DNA of 64,000 bases from a virus: positions 31-64,030 of IMG/VR virus record IMGVR_UViG_3300029822_000007; one strand, written 5' to 3'. The position numbers and the translations under genes are program-made. The notes below the pieces were generated by a model. That model did not search any database and was not told where the DNA came from. It saw only the letters and a list, made by a program, of their open reading frames with translations. Shown one piece after another: positions 18,546 to 28,307 of the stretch (the stretch's first letter is position 1; each line of letters opens with the position of its first letter).

Positions 18546-18957
18546 GTCAGGTCACAACAAAAATATTCAGATCGGCTCTCAAAAATAGCTATCTCCATCT
18601 GTAATATTGAATAGTTATGTATACAATTATAGTTATAATACAATCATAAATAAATAGTTTAATATGCTCTCTATACTACTAATACTAATCACTCTATATC
18701 TATTTCTTCTATCTCTCTTTATTATCAAGGGCTGTCGCATTCTCCGCCGCCGGATTTTTCGGGTGCCAAACCTACTAAATTAATGTCAATTTTATACTGA
18801 AAATTAAGCGTGCTTTCTGTGTACTTTCACGATTGTTGAATTCTTCATGTAAATGAATAATTTTATTAAAAAATATTTTAAAATCTATATAGGGAATATA
18901 TCTTAGGTTACATACATGTATATAGTTTTAACTATTAAATTATATTGTTTAGGATAA

Positions 18958-18979
18958 ATAAAAGGCTGACTTTTCAGCC
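18958..18979 (-). terminator. Terminator closing the early/middle small-gene region
   Basis: GGCTGA-4-TCAGCC followed by TTTT on the minus strand. Confidence 0.65.
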
Positions 18980-18995
18980 AACCCCTCTAAATCTT

Positions 18996-19226
18996 TTATA
19001 CATTTTTTATTGTTACAAAACCTTGTTTAAATTCATCTAACATTAATCTATCTGTTTTAACCTTTCCCAATCTTTCATCTATAGTTACAACTGTTATATA
19101 AAAAGGTGTTGCATCTAAAATTAATGCATCTCGCCACATGGTATTTGTACGATATTTATATTTAACTGGCTTACCAACTGGAAAAGCCTCTATATTTATT
19201 ATTGTATCAGTTTTTAATATTTCCAT
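18996..19226 (-). CDS. Hypothetical protein
   Basis: ORF track, RBS. Confidence 0.6.
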   Translation of the reverse strand: MEILKTDTIINIEAFPVGKPVKYKYRTNTMWRDALILDATPFYITVVTIDERLGKVKTDRLMLDEFKQGFVTIKNV

Positions 19227-19496
19227 TTTTTATTTCCCCTTTACTAAAACATACTTGTTTCCATTTGTATTATCATGCACACCTACAACTTTTATGCCCT
19301 TATAATCAAGTGGTATTAATGCAACATTAAATTTAGTACATAAATCATTTATTAGATTTACAACTGTATTTATTTCCTCTTGTCTATTTTCCATTTTTAC
19401 CTCTCCCCATTACATAATATTAGTAATGCGGCAAACAATCCACCACAAAAGAACCCTACTACAAACCACACAAAACCCATCATCTTATTACCTCCA

Positions 19497-19787
19497 TTAA
19501 CATGTGGGTCTATCCCACGTTATTATTAAATTCCTTTTTATTTCATCATGGGTAATATTAAATCCCTCATGCACCAGCCACCTCATAATTTGTATTAATG
19601 ATTTGCCGCTGTAATTATCTAATAAATCACACTTTATAGTTACTGCAAATTCTCCTTCCCTTGCACTAAATAATATACGCCTTTGTATTTCTTTTCTTAA
19701 TGTACCACTCTTTTTATCCTGTGCAATTAACATTGCTCGGTATGCAAGTGGTCTAAAATTTGAATTATCCATTTTTACTACTTCCAA
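19497..19787 (-). CDS. Hypothetical protein
   Basis: ORF track. Confidence 0.6.
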   Translation of the reverse strand: MEVVKMDNSNFRPLAYRAMLIAQDKKSGTLRKEIQRRILFSAREGEFAVTIKCDLLDNYSGKSLIQIMRWLVHEGFNITHDEIKRNLIITWDRPTC

Positions 19788-20029
19788 TCTATTATTATTC
19801 TAAGCTTTTCATCCCTATTATTAACTACTAGACGCCTTTCTGACTCAATTTTAAACCCCCTATTAGTAAAATATGCAACTATTACTTTTTCTACATCTCT
19901 ATCTATATTATAATCTTCCCATGTAAATTCGAAAGACCCATTTTTAGTCTTAAACTTAATACTATCCCCTATATCTTTAATAATTGCACGTATTGCTTTC
20001 TTTTTAGCCTTATTTTTATTTAGCCACAT
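19778..20029 (-). CDS. Hypothetical protein
   Basis: ORF track, GGAGG RBS. Confidence 0.6.
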   Translation of the reverse strand: MWLNKNKAKKKAIRAIIKDIGDSIKFKTKNGSFEFTWEDYNIDRDVEKVIVAYFTNRGFKIESERRLVVNNRDEKLRIIIDWK

Positions 20030-20097
20030 TTAAATAACCTCCTCATCTATATAATAAAATTCTGCTGTATTAATAAAAGACTGTAATCCCTTTGCAC

Positions 20098-20361
20098 CTA
20101 AAAAACCACATACATGTTGCAGTAATGTATTTCATTTTGTCTAATTTTATTCCATTTATGCAACCCAAAAACTAAATCATCTACTACTATTCCTTTAAAC
20201 ATTGCATGACAACCTGTACCATTTACTAGGTCAAACTCACTCTTACGTATTAAATGACTATAATTATTTACAGCAATTGTTACTGTTTTAGGCGTTTCTT
20301 TTATAACTTTTAAAGGTTGTACCAATAAACTATTATCAGTTTCATAAATCCAATAATACAT
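20098..20361 (-). CDS. Hypothetical protein
   Basis: ORF track, AGGAGG RBS. Confidence 0.6.
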   Translation of the reverse strand: MYYWIYETDNSLLVQPLKVIKETPKTVTIAVNNYSHLIRKSEFDLVNGTGCHAMFKGIVVDDLVFGLHKWNKIRQNEIHYCNMYVVF

Positions 20362-20633
20362 ATTATCCTCCTTATTTTATATTTAAATAATAACAACCAA
20401 CTACATAACCAATGCCTAGCAATGTCAATATTATTATTCCAGCTACCGCATCTACCTTAGCGTGTTTTCTTCTCTCTTGTTCAGTAATTATATAAAATCC
20501 CTTCATACTTAATTACCTCCCTCATTACAATATCATTATATAATATACAAGTCTTATTTTAAAAATTCTTCATTTATTTTACGTTTTAAGCTATGCGTTA
20601 TGTTAAGTAATGTAATTATGCCTTCAATACAAA

Positions 20634-20882
20634 TTATTTTACTGTGTGTATGCTGATTCTTAATAATTGTACTTTATCTTTTAAATCCTCCTCACTAAAT
20701 AATATAATTTCATTACCCTGCATTACTGGTTTTAATGCTATATCATGATGGTATGCATCAAATTCGACACATACCACAGCTCTATATTCCTTATTATCTT
20801 TTGTAATTAATACTTGCCTACCATTCATACCAGCTAACTGTTTAAAATTTAATTTATTCAAATACAAACACCTCAAATCCAT
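20634..20882 (-). CDS. Hypothetical protein
   Basis: ORF track. Confidence 0.55.
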   Translation of the reverse strand: MDLRCLYLNKLNFKQLAGMNGRQVLITKDNKEYRAVVCVEFDAYHHDIALKPVMQGNEIILFSEEDLKDKVQLLRISIHTVK

Positions 20883-21144
20883 TTTTATTCATTTGTTTTA
20901 GCTGTGCTTCATTATAAATACTATAGTGAAAATTTTCCTTATCTATTAATTGTATAATATCTAAAGATTTTACTACATGCACCCTATGCGGCAAATTAAT
21001 TTCTGATGTTAATTGGTCTTTATAGTTTTTACCATTATCAGCATAAAAATTATCAATTGGCTTATTAGTAACGTACACAGTTTGTCCATCTAATTTATAT
21101 AAATCCCAGTAACCCAAATGGGACACTGGTTTATTACCACTCAA
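20854..21144 (-). CDS. Hypothetical protein
   Basis: ORF track. Confidence 0.55.
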   Translation of the reverse strand: MSGNKPVSHLGYWDLYKLDGQTVYVTNKPIDNFYADNGKNYKDQLTSEINLPHRVHVVKSLDIIQLIDKENFHYSIYNEAQLKQMNKNGFEVFVFE

Positions 21145-21803
21145 ATTAACTCGCTTTCATTTTTTATGGGTACTAATACATTCCATGCACCACATAATAT
21201 TTCAGCTAATGTTACGCTATTGCCATATGAGTTTTCAAGCATTGTGTTAATAGAATTCAACCCGGTTGCAATTGAACCTGTTACATAGTAGTGTGTGTTA
21301 TTATTATATCGACATTGTGCAACATAAATATCTGCCTCAGTGTATAACATTCTAATACATTCTTTAAATTCTAAATTTTTAACTGCATAAGCCTTAAATT
21401 TCATATCATTGTGTATCTTATCACTATAATTGTTTGCACTTATCGTAAGTAAAACTATCTCATTATCTTTTTGTACTAACTCATATTTATTATTATAATT
21501 CAGTAATGCAATTTTATTACCATGCTTTTTCTTTAAAAATATTGCATCATCTACATTTAAACAGTTATAATCCAATTCTTTAAATTTAAAAGGTTTATAC
21601 GTATCTAAATAATTTTTTATGCAATTAGCTTTACTACAAGTACCACCACAAAATTCACTTTCCTGTATAGATGTACCACCTAATAAATGTACGCAACAAT
21701 TAGTTCCCCCATAGCCAAATATTTGTATAAATTCATCTTTAGTTACATTGGTTGCCATTTTATTCAATATTTCAACATCTAATTTCATTTTAAAACCTCC
21801 CAT
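21141..21803 (-). CDS. Hypothetical Cys-containing protein (true start probably MKLDV)
   Basis: ORF track; GGAGG lies inside the first annotated codons. Confidence 0.6.
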   Translation of the reverse strand: MGGFKMKLDVEILNKMATNVTKDEFIQIFGYGGTNCCVHLLGGTSIQESEFCGGTCSKANCIKNYLDTYKPFKFKELDYNCLNVDDAIFLKKKHGNKIALLNYNNKYELVQKDNEIVLLTISANNYSDKIHNDMKFKAYAVKNLEFKECIRMLYTEADIYVAQCRYNNNTHYYVTGSIATGLNSINTMLENSYGNSVTLAEILCGAWNVLVPIKNESELI

Positions 21804-22000
21804 TAATCACAATTTTCACAGTATTCTTCACACATATAATCACAACATGGCAGTGGCTCTAAATTACCAGTTTCCATGTTTGGCACCAGGTGTATATCAA
21901 ATCTATCACAGTTTTTACAACACCTAATATCACCATATATTACACAATATTTACCGCTTTCCATCTGTAAGCAACCCCTCACAATTACTATATAAACCAA
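21803..22000 (-). CDS. Small Cys-rich (possible zinc-binding) protein
   Basis: CCKNC...CCDYMCEEYCENC. Confidence 0.5.
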   Translation of the reverse strand: MVYIVIVRGCLQMESGKYCVIYGDIRCCKNCDRFDIHLVPNMETGNLEPLPCCDYMCEEYCENCD

Positions 22001-22196
22001 TTATATCGTTATTACAAACATTGCACCACTTAGATGGCAATGACTCTGGAAAGTATGCACTTTTATAGGCAATATCACAACTAAATAAATGCACCTTTAT
22101 AATTCTGCCTACGCTTAGCGTTCCAACATTTCTATCTACTGTATCTGCATACTCTTTAAATACAACCTTATCGCCTATTTTATATTTTTGTCGCAT
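21951..22196 (-). CDS. Hypothetical SH3-like beta-barrel protein
   Basis: KYKIGDKVV...GRIIKV pattern. Confidence 0.5.
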   Translation of the reverse strand: MRQKYKIGDKVVFKEYADTVDRNVGTLSVGRIIKVHLFSCDIAYKSAYFPESLPSKWCNVCNNDIIGLYSNCEGLLTDGKR

Positions 22197-22813
22197 TTAT
22201 CTTTCCACCCCACTTCCCCAAATATGTGCATGCAAATAATCGGATGTGAAAAATAATTATATTTAGCTATATCTAAAACTATTTTTAAGTTTAATCCAAC
22301 TAAACAAACTGCATTTTTTAATTTTCTATCCACTTTTTCTAAATAAGATATTACCTTTCTGTTAGTACCAAATGTAACTTTTACATGTGTGCCCATTGGT
22401 AATTGTTGCAAACCACTATAAGTTAATGGTATTTCTTCATATTCTATAGTTTTAACACATTTCATTTGTAAGCCGTCTAATCTTGCAATACTACTGGCAT
22501 TTTTAACTGTTTCTATATCTGTACGTTCCTTTGCTTTTTCATTAAGCTTGTCCAATGCAATCTTTCCTAAAATTGCATAATTAGCTAAATCTAGTAATGT
22601 ATCTGTAATACTTTCATCACGTACTCTAGTAGTAAAATCTTTACTACTCAATGTTTTTAGCCTGTTTAATTTATCCTCTAACCTAATTAATAAGCTAGTA
22701 GTGCCATACTCCTCAAACAACTTACCAAAACTATCGCCATAATCTGCATTTTTAGCCTCAAATATTCTAGTCATAGTATCTACAATATTCTTAAATCTAT
22801 CTACATCTTTCAT
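22175..22813 (-). CDS. DUF1599 (nucleotide-modification-associated domain 1) protein
   Basis: KNADYGDSF...IRLEDKLNRL...DTLLDLANYAIL. Confidence 0.75.
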   Translation of the reverse strand: MKDVDRFKNIVDTMTRIFEAKNADYGDSFGKLFEEYGTTSLLIRLEDKLNRLKTLSSKDFTTRVRDESITDTLLDLANYAILGKIALDKLNEKAKERTDIETVKNASSIARLDGLQMKCVKTIEYEEIPLTYSGLQQLPMGTHVKVTFGTNRKVISYLEKVDRKLKNAVCLVGLNLKIVLDIAKYNYFSHPIICMHIFGEVGWKDKCDKNIK

Positions 22814-23211
22814 TATATTTCCCCCATTGCTTTATATTCAGTTAACAACTTTCTCATGTCCGCATCTTTAGTTGCAATTAATTCATACATATTAGCTTCT
22901 TGCCATGCACGTTTTCGTTCCTCCATTTTCTCCTTAATTTCTGCTAATTTCTCCACATGTTCTAATAATCTTTTGTAGTTTTCTGTATTTATTCTATCTA
23001 CAACGTAACGTGTAACTCTATCCTTTGCCACCTGAGTTCCATAATATTTTGAAGCATAAGCAACTGCATACTGAAAATTATCTCCAACCGGTACTATTAA
23101 CGCATCACCTTTTTTAATACCCTCTATATTGGTTCCATAATAATAAGTCTTGCCTGTACCTTCTCCTTTGTGATATTCATTTGGAAATCTAACGCCTATT
23201 ACTTTTAACAT
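22813..23211 (-). CDS. Hypothetical phage protein
   Basis: ORF track; VIGVRF...KTYYY...GD..IVP pattern common in Firmicutes phages. Confidence 0.65.
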   Translation of the reverse strand: MLKVIGVRFPNEYHKGEGTGKTYYYGTNIEGIKKGDALIVPVGDNFQYAVAYASKYYGTQVAKDRVTRYVVDRINTENYKRLLEHVEKLAEIKEKMEERKRAWQEANMYELIATKDADMRKLLTEYKAMGEI

Positions 23212-23318
23212 TATATAGCCTCCTTAAACATTTATAATAAACTAATGCAGGTGATTGTCTACCTATTAACCAATTTAAAAACCTCATTGTTACCACCACC
23301 TCAATTTGTTTTACATCT

Positions 23319-23350
23319 ATTATATCAAATTTATAGCTAAAAATTAAAGT
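23319..23350 (-). promoter_or_regulatory. Class-2 (putative middle) promoter motif
   Basis: ACTTTAAT-N15-TGATATAAT. Confidence 0.75.
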
Positions 23351-23366
23351 GCTTTTTTAAATTATT

Positions 23367-23393
23367 ATATGGGTAGTTATTAGCTACCCATAT
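23367..23393 (-). terminator. Terminator hairpin
   Basis: ATATGGGTAG...CTACCCATAT. Confidence 0.65.
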
Positions 23394-23396
23394 TAA

Positions 23397-23603
23397 TTAT
23401 TCACATTCATCTATTATTCTTTTAGCCCATTTATCAACCGCTGTAGCTAAAGTAATTATACTGCAACTATCTATATTTACATAGTAATTGTTTATACCTG
23501 CTGGGTCTAATGCATCAGTATTAACCTCATCACGTGCAAAACCATTAAATATTAATGCTTCCTCCATCATTCTTACTGTTAAATCCATTCTTTCTTTTTT
23601 CAT
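23397..23603 (-). CDS. Hypothetical early protein (68 aa; start corrected from 23699)
   Basis: GGAGG RBS before ATG at 23603; the longer ORF overlaps the promoter. Confidence 0.7.
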   Translation of the reverse strand: MKKERMDLTVRMMEEALIFNGFARDEVNTDALDPAGINNYYVNIDSCSIITLATAVDKWAKRIIDECE

Positions 23604-23645
23604 TTTAAAAACCTCCAAAATTTGTTTTGTATTTCTTAGTACAAT

Positions 23646-23729
23646 ATTATTATATAACATTAATATATAATATGCAAGGGTTTTTATAAAATTATTCAAA
23701 ATATTTTTGTTTTAAGGCAATAAAAAAGG
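23646..23729. repeat. 84-bp exact direct repeat, copy 1, containing early promoter E2 (23649-23677)
   Basis: Identical to 26430-26513; TTGCAT-17-TATAAT. Confidence 0.9.
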
Positions 23730-23753
23730 TGTAGCAATATAACTACACCTTTT
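23722..23753. terminator. Bidirectional terminator after recA
   Basis: AAAAGGTGTAG-8-CTACACCTTTT. Confidence 0.75.
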
Positions 23754-23755
23754 AT

Positions 23756-24940
23756 TTACTCCTCTTCTGTTTGCCCTACAATTATTTTATTTATTTGCAC
23801 ATTTATCTTATTATAAATATCCTTGTTTGTACGTAACAATTCCAAAAGTGGTATTCTACCCTGCACCCTTGCATCATTACCATCTTTATCCTTTATATAC
23901 TCACCGGTACTAATATCTATAATATCAAACCAACTACCACGTTGATTTATAATATTATAATTTAATGCCAACTCTAAAACATCTGCCGCTATATCTATAC
24001 CAGTTTCATAGTTTAATGTATACATACCGGTACGCCTGTCCGGTTTACATATTTTAGTTTTAACTACTTCTACATTAACAAAGTTGCCGCATGGTTCATC
24101 TGCTTTATTATTAGCCAACTCTGCTGTATCTTTATCAAAGAATTTACCTTTCCTAAAAAACAATCTAACTGCATATAAATGTTTTACAGCCCTGCCACCC
24201 GGCGTCTTATATTTATTATATGGATTAGCTAAATCATCACGCATTTGATTAATCATTATTAAAGTACATTTATTTTTGGTTAGCAATGCAGGTGCCTCTC
24301 CGGAAAATCGTGCCAGTGGTAATGCTATGCCGCCATAAGCCTTTTTTTCTAATGTTTCCTCCATTAATTGTTGTGGTATTAGCATTGGCACACTATCTAA
24401 AACTGCCATACAAATATCTCCAGTTGCCACACAATCTAGTATAATCTGCAATATTTGTTCGGCAGTTTCAGTCTGTGGTCGTACTAAATATAATGAATTC
24501 AAATCAACACCCAGTTTTGTAGCCCAATCCTCATCTAATGTTTGTTCAGCATCTACATACAAAACACTTCTAATGCCTTGCTCCTGTACCTCTACCAACC
24601 TTTTTTCTAATTTTGTTATATCTTTTGAAGCTTGCTTACTATTAGATTCTTTAAGCTTTGCAATTTGTTCAGTTAAATCATTTATAGTATCATTATATTC
24701 ATTTGTTGCTTTATGCTGTGCATTTTTAACTGCATCTAATGCAGTGGTAGTTTTTCCACTACCTTCCCCACCAAAGAATTCGACGGCTTTGCCTACTGGT
24801 AAGCCGCCATACAACAAATAATTCAAATGTGGGGAGCTAAATGGTATTCTATCAACATAAATCATGTTTGTACCCTTTGTAATGATAGTGCTACCATATT
24901 TCTTATTTATAGTTCCCATTAAAACATCTAAATTATTCAA
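23756..24940 (-). CDS. recA: RecA-family recombinase with coiled-coil insertion
   Basis: GGEGSGKTT, VDAEQTLD, VLDSV, INQMR, TPGGRAVK. Confidence 0.95.
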   Translation of the reverse strand: MNNLDVLMGTINKKYGSTIITKGTNMIYVDRIPFSSPHLNYLLYGGLPVGKAVEFFGGEGSGKTTTALDAVKNAQHKATNEYNDTINDLTEQIAKLKESNSKQASKDITKLEKRLVEVQEQGIRSVLYVDAEQTLDEDWATKLGVDLNSLYLVRPQTETAEQILQIILDCVATGDICMAVLDSVPMLIPQQLMEETLEKKAYGGIALPLARFSGEAPALLTKNKCTLIMINQMRDDLANPYNKYKTPGGRAVKHLYAVRLFFRKGKFFDKDTAELANNKADEPCGNFVNVEVVKTKICKPDRRTGMYTLNYETGIDIAADVLELALNYNIINQRGSWFDIIDISTGEYIKDKDGNDARVQGRIPLLELLRTNKDIYNKINVQINKIIVGQTEEE

Positions 24941-24942
24941 TA

Positions 24943-25212
24943 TTAATCCTCCTCGTTATTTTTCTTCATTACCTTTTCTGCTACTGTAAAATCATTATCT
25001 GCATAACCTTGTGCCAGTGCTTCTACTGCGACTTTAAATGGTATATTATCTTTTATAACTGTACCTACCATATGAAGTGCGTCTAAAAAATCAGTCATAC
25101 CAACATTTTCGCCCTTTATACTAACATCATCACCTACAAATGTGATTGTTACATAACTATTATTTTCTGCATTATTTTCCATATTATTTTTCCTCCTTTT
25201 TATTATTATCAT
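24943..25212 (-). CDS. Hypothetical protein
   Basis: ORF track. Confidence 0.55.
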   Translation of the reverse strand: MIIIKRRKNNMENNAENNSYVTITFVGDDVSIKGENVGMTDFLDALHMVGTVIKDNIPFKVAVEALAQGYADNDFTVAEKVMKKNNEED

Positions 25213-25444
25213 TTGTAAAATCTTGTACCCCAGCCGCTACACAACTTGCTAACATCTCTATTGGCATACCAGTCTCAAGTGCGGCTCTAACTAAAAGTGA
25301 TATTCCAACTTCTAAATCCTCATGTCCATTAATAGCAAACTGCACACTTCCCATTCTATTATCATCTTCACCCTCAAATCTAATTAATATAGCCTCTTTT
25401 AAATTTTCATCTTTTTCCATTTTTACATTCCTCCAATTATTCAA
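25184..25444 (-). CDS. Hypothetical protein
   Basis: ORF track. Confidence 0.55.
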   Translation of the reverse strand: MNNWRNVKMEKDENLKEAILIRFEGEDDNRMGSVQFAINGHEDLEVGISLLVRAALETGMPIEMLASCVAAGVQDFTNDNNKKEEK

Positions 25445-26108
25445 ATATTTTTATTTTATCTGTGTATGCAACCTTTTCTTTTAATTCCTTACAAAAATCT
25501 CTTATTTCCTTTTGTTTATGGTTTTTACGTGCCTTGTATATCTTTAGTAATACCTCAAAATTACCAGTCCATGTTCTTTTAAATAACTGCCCCTGTGGCA
25601 AATCATTTATTAATTCCTCAAATAATTCACATGTAACATCATCGTTATTATAAACACTACCATTTTGCATTAAATTAAACTGCAAACGCATTAATAAATT
25701 ATTATAATGTTCAAGTGCATCCATACGCCACGTTGATAATGGTAATTCCCAGTTAAAATCTTTAGGTCTAAATTCAAAATCATTACTAAAAATGCTATGC
25801 ATCCTACTTGTACTATTTTTAGCAACACCAACACAGTAAGTATCAATATCCCACCAAAAACTCATGCTACCAGTTATATCCATACTAACAAGTATCTGCC
25901 TCAAAAATTTCCTATGGTCACTACCTGCTCTAATTAACTTGTTTGCAAGCTTAGCATCATTATCACCTATAGCATATATTGTTGGACCTGGTACACCCTG
26001 TATAACCCTTTGCTCCCAGTTACTGTCACTTTTATCCCAGCTTTTTAATGGATTCCTCATTCCTCTTAAAGCACCATCTATATTTAGTACTTCTAAATTT
26101 TCTATCAT
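25437..26108 (-). CDS. Divergent ThyX-like (flavin-dependent thymidylate synthase-related) protein
   Basis: GSDHRKFLRQI, DTYCVGVAKNSTSRMH, IYKARKNH resemble the phage ThyX-like family; the canonical RHR motif is absent. Confidence 0.45.
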   Translation of the reverse strand: MIENLEVLNIDGALRGMRNPLKSWDKSDSNWEQRVIQGVPGPTIYAIGDNDAKLANKLIRAGSDHRKFLRQILVSMDITGSMSFWWDIDTYCVGVAKNSTSRMHSIFSNDFEFRPKDFNWELPLSTWRMDALEHYNNLLMRLQFNLMQNGSVYNNDDVTCELFEELINDLPQGQLFKRTWTGNFEVLLKIYKARKNHKQKEIRDFCKELKEKVAYTDKIKIFE

Positions 26109-26138
26109 TTTCCAACCTCCTTAATTTGTATTACATAT

Positions 26139-26170
26139 ATTATATCATCTTATTACTAAAAAATTAAAGT
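26139..26170 (-). promoter_or_regulatory. Class-2 promoter motif
   Basis: ACTTTAAT-N15-TGATATAAT. Confidence 0.75.
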
Positions 26171-26203
26171 GCCTAATAAAAATATTAAGCACTTTTTTAT
26201 ATT

Positions 26204-26431
26204 TTATAATCCTAGTTTATTGGCAACTACTTTTATAACATTTTTAATATCCTTTTTCTTTAAGTTATAACAATCTGCATAATCGTTGCTTACCAGTGTA
26301 TCTAATGTTTCCATTGTTCTATCTTCTTCACAAAAATCTTTCATATCCCTTGTTACTTCTTTTACTACCCTTGTTAAGTTTACCCTATTAATCAATCTCT
26401 TTAAATTTGTTTTTGTTTTTCTTACTGACAT
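26204..26431 (-). CDS. Hypothetical ORF, start uncertain
   Basis: The track ATG lies 1 nt after the -10 box of E3, so it is probably outside the transcript. Confidence 0.35.
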   Translation of the reverse strand: MSVRKTKTNLKRLINRVNLTRVVKEVTRDMKDFCEEDRTMETLDTLVSNDYADCYNLKKKDIKNVIKVVANKLGL

Positions 26432-26513
26432 TATTATATAACATTAATATATAATATGCAAGGGTTTTTATAAAATTATTCAAAATATTTTTGTTTTAAG
26501 GCAATAAAAAAGG
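26430..26513. repeat. 84-bp exact direct repeat, copy 2, containing early promoter E3 (26433-26461)
   Basis: Identical to 23646-23729. Confidence 0.9.
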
Positions 26514-26554
26514 CATGGTAATGCAACCATACCTTCCAATATTTATATAAATAT

Positions 26555-27463
26555 TTATACTACTGCAAATATATAAATTAAAGTATACTCTACACCTATA
26601 GCCTCTTCCAGCTTACCAGTTTTAATACTTTGTTCTGCATGTTGTATAATATCCATTATTTTAACTAATTGATTTAAACTAAATTTTCCCATTGTTTTTC
26701 TTATATTCTTAATAATCCAAATACTTATATTATACTTAGCCGCTATATCCTTATCCAACTTATTTTTCTGTGCTTGCACAATCATTGTATTTCTAAAAGT
26801 AGTGTACAATATACTTAATATTTTTACTGAACTTTCATTCCTATACTTTAAATTTATTAAATAATCAAAACTTAGCTCCTGTTTTTTACTTACAACTGCA
26901 TTGCAAAAATCAAATATTACATCTTTTGGTGCCTGTGCAATATTATCATAAATTGTATTTATATTAATTTGCCCCAGCCTAACCAGCTTATCTAATTCTA
27001 AATTAATACGTGTAAAACTACTATCGCATAATTCAATTATTTCACCTGCAAGCTTATCTGAAATATTTACTTTTTTAGTAATGTAATATATTAATTGCTT
27101 CTTTGTTAATGGCTTAAATTCTATTAAATCATCTTCAAATGCTTTTTTAAATTTACTTCTTTTATCTAAATGCGGATATACTAAAATTATATGATTAGTG
27201 CCAACCAGTTTACGTATTTTTTCAGTATCCATTTTTAACAGCGAATCATCTTGATATACTACATATATTCTATCTTTATTATTATCAAACAAACTATTAT
27301 TATTCAACTTTCTTGCAACATCTAAAAAGTTGCTAACCCAAACAACCTCTTGTTTTATCTGCTTTAAATACATATTCATAATACCAACTTCATCGCCAGT
27401 AAACACATATAAATTCCTTAACTTATCTTTAACTATATCCCTTTTTAAATCTGCAATATTCAA
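26555..27463 (-). CDS. DNA polymerase III delta-like clamp-loader subunit
   Basis: NLYVFTGDE N-terminus; ELDKL..L; AEQSIKTG C-terminus; third gene of the loader cluster. Confidence 0.75.
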   Translation of the reverse strand: MNIADLKRDIVKDKLRNLYVFTGDEVGIMNMYLKQIKQEVVWVSNFLDVARKLNNNSLFDNNKDRIYVVYQDDSLLKMDTEKIRKLVGTNHIILVYPHLDKRSKFKKAFEDDLIEFKPLTKKQLIYYITKKVNISDKLAGEIIELCDSSFTRINLELDKLVRLGQININTIYDNIAQAPKDVIFDFCNAVVSKKQELSFDYLINLKYRNESSVKILSILYTTFRNTMIVQAQKNKLDKDIAAKYNISIWIIKNIRKTMGKFSLNQLVKIMDIIQHAEQSIKTGKLEEAIGVEYTLIYIFAVV

Positions 27464-27464
27464 A

Positions 27465-28307
27465 TTAACACCCCCAAATCCTTCTTAAATCTAATATAAA
27501 TTTATCAAACAATGCCAGCTTATTTAACCCTTTATTTCTAAATAATGGCAACACTTTATTTATAGCTTGTATTGTATAATAATATTCAACTACACTTTCT
27601 TTTGATACCTGCATTTCACTTAAACCTAAATAAACCATCGTGTTAAAAAATAAGTTAAGTGGTATTTTAGTTTCATCATCATTTTTTAAATCTATGTGGC
27701 TACCTATATTAAAAATATTAACAGTTGCAACCACACCTATATTTTTATATACTGCCCTACAAAACTTTAATACTTTCTCTAATCCAAAATTATATAATTC
27801 ATTTATTTGCCCTAAATTTGTACATATATCCATAAGAGGCTCTACTATTTTACCATCATGTATATTTAAATTATGCACCATAAAATCACCTTTTTCCTTA
27901 GGTGTATAATTTTCTAGTGTATATAATTGTCCCCTACTTTTTAATGTGCCTAATATATTACTTATATCTTTAACACTCATAACAATATATGCGTTGTCCG
28001 GTGGTTCTTCTGTTATTTTTAATAATGCGTTGGCGGCTTGTGTAGTTAAATTATCATCAACATCACCTAAATAATAGAATTTAGTATCTGCTGTTTCATT
28101 TGCCCTATTTCTCAAATTTCTTATACTATCTACTTTTAAATCATCAAGTATAACTAAACTCAAATTATTCATTTTACAAAAATGTTGAATAAATGATGTT
28201 TTGCCCTGCCCTTTAATTCCCTCTAATATTAAAAAGTGTGGTAGGGTTTCCCCCAGCCACTTTTTATTCCACTGCTCTAATAAATTTACTTGTCCGATAA
28301 ATTGCAT
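27465..28307 (-). CDS. DNA polymerase III delta-prime-like clamp-loader subunit
   Basis: GIKGQGKT, AANALLKITEEPP, TLKSRG. Confidence 0.8.
   Translation of the reverse strand: MQFIGQVNLLEQWNKKWLGETLPHFLILEGIKGQGKTSFIQHFCKMNNLSLVILDDLKVDSIRNLRNRANETADTKFYYLGDVDDNLTTQAANALLKITEEPPDNAYIVMSVKDISNILGTLKSRGQLYTLENYTPKEKGDFMVHNLNIHDGKIVEPLMDICTNLGQINELYNFGLEKVLKFCRAVYKNIGVVATVNIFNIGSHIDLKNDDETKIPLNLFFNTMVYLGLSEMQVSKESVVEYYYTIQAINKVLPLFRNKGLNKLALFDKFILDLRRIWGC

Noticed and set aside
23604-23699. N-terminal extensions in the ORF track (23699, 45779, 50296, 50704, 21803)
   Set aside because: They overlap promoters or RBSs; downstream ATGs have properly spaced GGAGG-type sites.
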